This document shows positions 39,088-40,823 of a stretch of DNA of 40,823 nucleotides, piece after piece. Origin of the DNA: an uncultured Acidimicrobiia bacterium. GTDB taxonomy: Bacteria; Actinomycetota; Acidimicrobiia; Spongiisociales; JAOTWH01. Location: the NCBI GenBank assembly GCA_964347285.1, contig CAYFYE010000008.1, positions 1 through 40,823 of the forward strand, written 5' to 3'. The position numbers and the translations under genes were made by a program. Position 1 is the first letter of the stretch, and every line of letters starts with the position of its first letter. The notes beneath the pieces are model-generated. The model was not told where the DNA came from. It did no database searches and worked only from the letters and a program-made list of their open reading frames with translations.

Positions 39088-40587
39088 TCACTCGCTGAGT
39101 GTTATCTCCATCACATCACCCATGGTTGGCACCCGCGTGGTGGACCCGTTGATCAGGTCGTGGATCAACAGCTCCGAGCCCTGGAATGCGGAGGCCTGGA
39201 TCGGAGTGACGAGGAAACGGCCGTTGGGAGACCAGTCCAACGCACCAAGCTGCCCTCCTGCAAGGGAGTCGGTGACATGATGACCGGTCACGGCATCCCG
39301 ACTCCCCAGTTCGACGATGTGAATGTTCGATCTGGCTCCCTCTGATTCGGCGCTCAGCGCCAGGCGGGTCCCATCGGGAGACCATGCCAGGTTCTCCAAT
39401 CCGGAAACAGGCACAGCAAGGTCGATCGCGGTCCAGTCATTCGTGAGGTCGAAAATGCGGACCCGTGCGCCCTCCGGACCCGGTGATGGGAGCAGGGCAA
39501 GGTGATCCCCGTCCGGTGACCACGCCGCGTCCCAGAGCGGCTCACCCATTTCGAGTCCGGGGACGGCGTCGCGGCGGCGCCCGTCAGGAGACAGCAGGAA
39601 CGGGCCAGACTCTGCGCCGACCAGATCCGGCTCGGGGACCCAGAGCGTCGTTCCGTCCGGCCCTTCCGCGAGCAACCAGTAACTCTCGACCCGTGCAGTC
39701 TCGGTGCCTTCGTCGTCGAGGAGCACGGTCGTCATGGTCTCGGTCGTCTCATCCCAGATTTCTAACTGGATTCCCGAAGTGAGCCACTCGTTGATGCCAA
39801 CCGACGCATTGTCGTCGAATGTCAGTTCGAGCAGCGCGGCCGGTTGGGCGTCGTTGTCGGAGACGTTGAGCGTGTACAGCGTGATTGGGAACGGGTCGAA
39901 CCCGCGAGCAGATTCCAGCCACGCCAATCGACCCGGTTCGGTGGCGTGCCACGTCGCAAGACTGGCTCGCAGCCCGATCGCTTCCGCTGGCGGGTTCCGA
40001 TCACGCTGGTCGAAAGCAAGCGAGTCGATCTGGTGTGCCCAAGGGACAAGCCAGTCGATCAGGAGGGTCCCATTGTCGGCCAGGCGCGCATACCAGCGGC
40101 CGGAGGCGTCGAGCCCCACCGGCCACCCGTCGAACGGGATGCCCCAGGCTGACTCGTCGCGGGGGAATGACAACAGGGTGTCCGGTGCCGACTCCCAGGC
40201 TCGCCATCGCACAACGTCGATGCGGTCGTGGTACTCCGCGATCATCGTGATCGTGTCGGTGAACCCTGGGACCGCCTCTGCGAGCGGTAAGTTCAACGTC
40301 GCCAGCGGTCTCGAACGATCCAGCGACTCTGCCTCGGTCGTGAGGGTGGACTCAGCGGCCCGAGCGGCACTGGTCGACGTGCTCTCCTCGCTCGTCGTGG
40401 TGCTGATCGCGCCTGCTCGGCGGGTCGCATCCGGTTCACCCCCGGTCGGAGAACCAAGGAGCCATCCGAAGATGAACAACCCCACGGCAGCGACGACCGC
40501 GATCGGTCCCCATCTCCGACCTTGCTCTTCAGAGCCGCGTCGCGACGGACGGAACTCCGGGTCGATCGTTACCTGATCGTCTCCCAT
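39088..40587 (-). CDS. Membrane-anchored TolB/WD40-like beta-propeller protein
   Basis: N-terminal TM, S/T-rich linker, repeated WSPDG/WSPNG blades near the C-terminus. Confidence 0.75.
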   Translation of the reverse strand: MGDDQVTIDPEFRPSRRGSEEQGRRWGPIAVVAAVGLFIFGWLLGSPTGGEPDATRRAGAISTTTSEESTSTSAARAAESTLTTEAESLDRSRPLATLNLPLAEAVPGFTDTITMIAEYHDRIDVVRWRAWESAPDTLLSFPRDESAWGIPFDGWPVGLDASGRWYARLADNGTLLIDWLVPWAHQIDSLAFDQRDRNPPAEAIGLRASLATWHATEPGRLAWLESARGFDPFPITLYTLNVSDNDAQPAALLELTFDDNASVGINEWLTSGIQLEIWDETTETMTTVLLDDEGTETARVESYWLLAEGPDGTTLWVPEPDLVGAESGPFLLSPDGRRRDAVPGLEMGEPLWDAAWSPDGDHLALLPSPGPEGARVRIFDLTNDWTAIDLAVPVSGLENLAWSPDGTRLALSAESEGARSNIHIVELGSRDAVTGHHVTDSLAGGQLGALDWSPNGRFLVTPIQASAFQGSELLIHDLINGSTTRVPTMGDVMEITLSE

Positions 40588-40823
40588 GAATCACCGCCAG
40601 ACTCACCCCGATCTTCCCCCCCCGAGACCCAGCCAGCCAGAGTCCTTCGGCCACAAGCCACAACCGCCGCCCCGGTGATCTTCAATGGGAGCAATCGGGC
40701 TTTCACAACCTCGCCATCTACGTAGGCCATCGAGCGCGCCCGATTGGGCGACCACAGAACAGCCGCCCATTTCGGCACCTCGGCGCTCGTTACGGGGCCC
40801 CAGGCGTCGGATTCCAAATCCGC

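Noticed and set aside
40569..40823. 82-aa minus-strand ORF at the window end
   Set aside because: No recognisable motifs, runs to the window edge and overlaps the next start; cannot be supported

Overview
High-GC core-chromosome window, most likely from an Actinomycetota genome of class Acidimicrobiia (inferred from gene content: DisA, DUF3263, LppM-like lipoprotein, F420 PPOX protein, TreS, Eis-like GNAT, SepX/GlpR-like protein). It holds the conserved clpC...radA-disA-PIN/TRAM-ispD-ispF-cysS-rlmB region, interrupted by a BMP-type nucleoside ABC transporter. It also holds three tRNAs (Thr-TGT, Arg-CCT, Ala-CGC), pckA, treS, an orphan PAS histidine kinase, a P-type ATPase, several redox genes, uppP, mtnP, plsY, and a decayed tyrosine-integrase island starting at tRNA-Ala. 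Signals the ORF track misses or misrepresents: (1) a candidate exported selenoprotein, a peroxiredoxin-like lipoprotein split at an in-frame UGA in a U-P-P-C motif and followed by a SECIS-like hairpin (33286-33849); (2) a bacterial translin/TRAX (C3PO)-like gene coupled to a SepX/GlpR-like gene that appears to start at a non-canonical ATC, just upstream of tRNA-Ala; (3) divergent sigma-28/WhiG-like promoters facing an unannotated 49-aa membrane protein and the orphan kinase; (4) catalytic-motif variants in DisA (RNR), the P-type ATPase (PQGL), AlaX (DGGTH) and a Thermus-like PckA. All family calls come from motif recognition by eye; no database searches were run.
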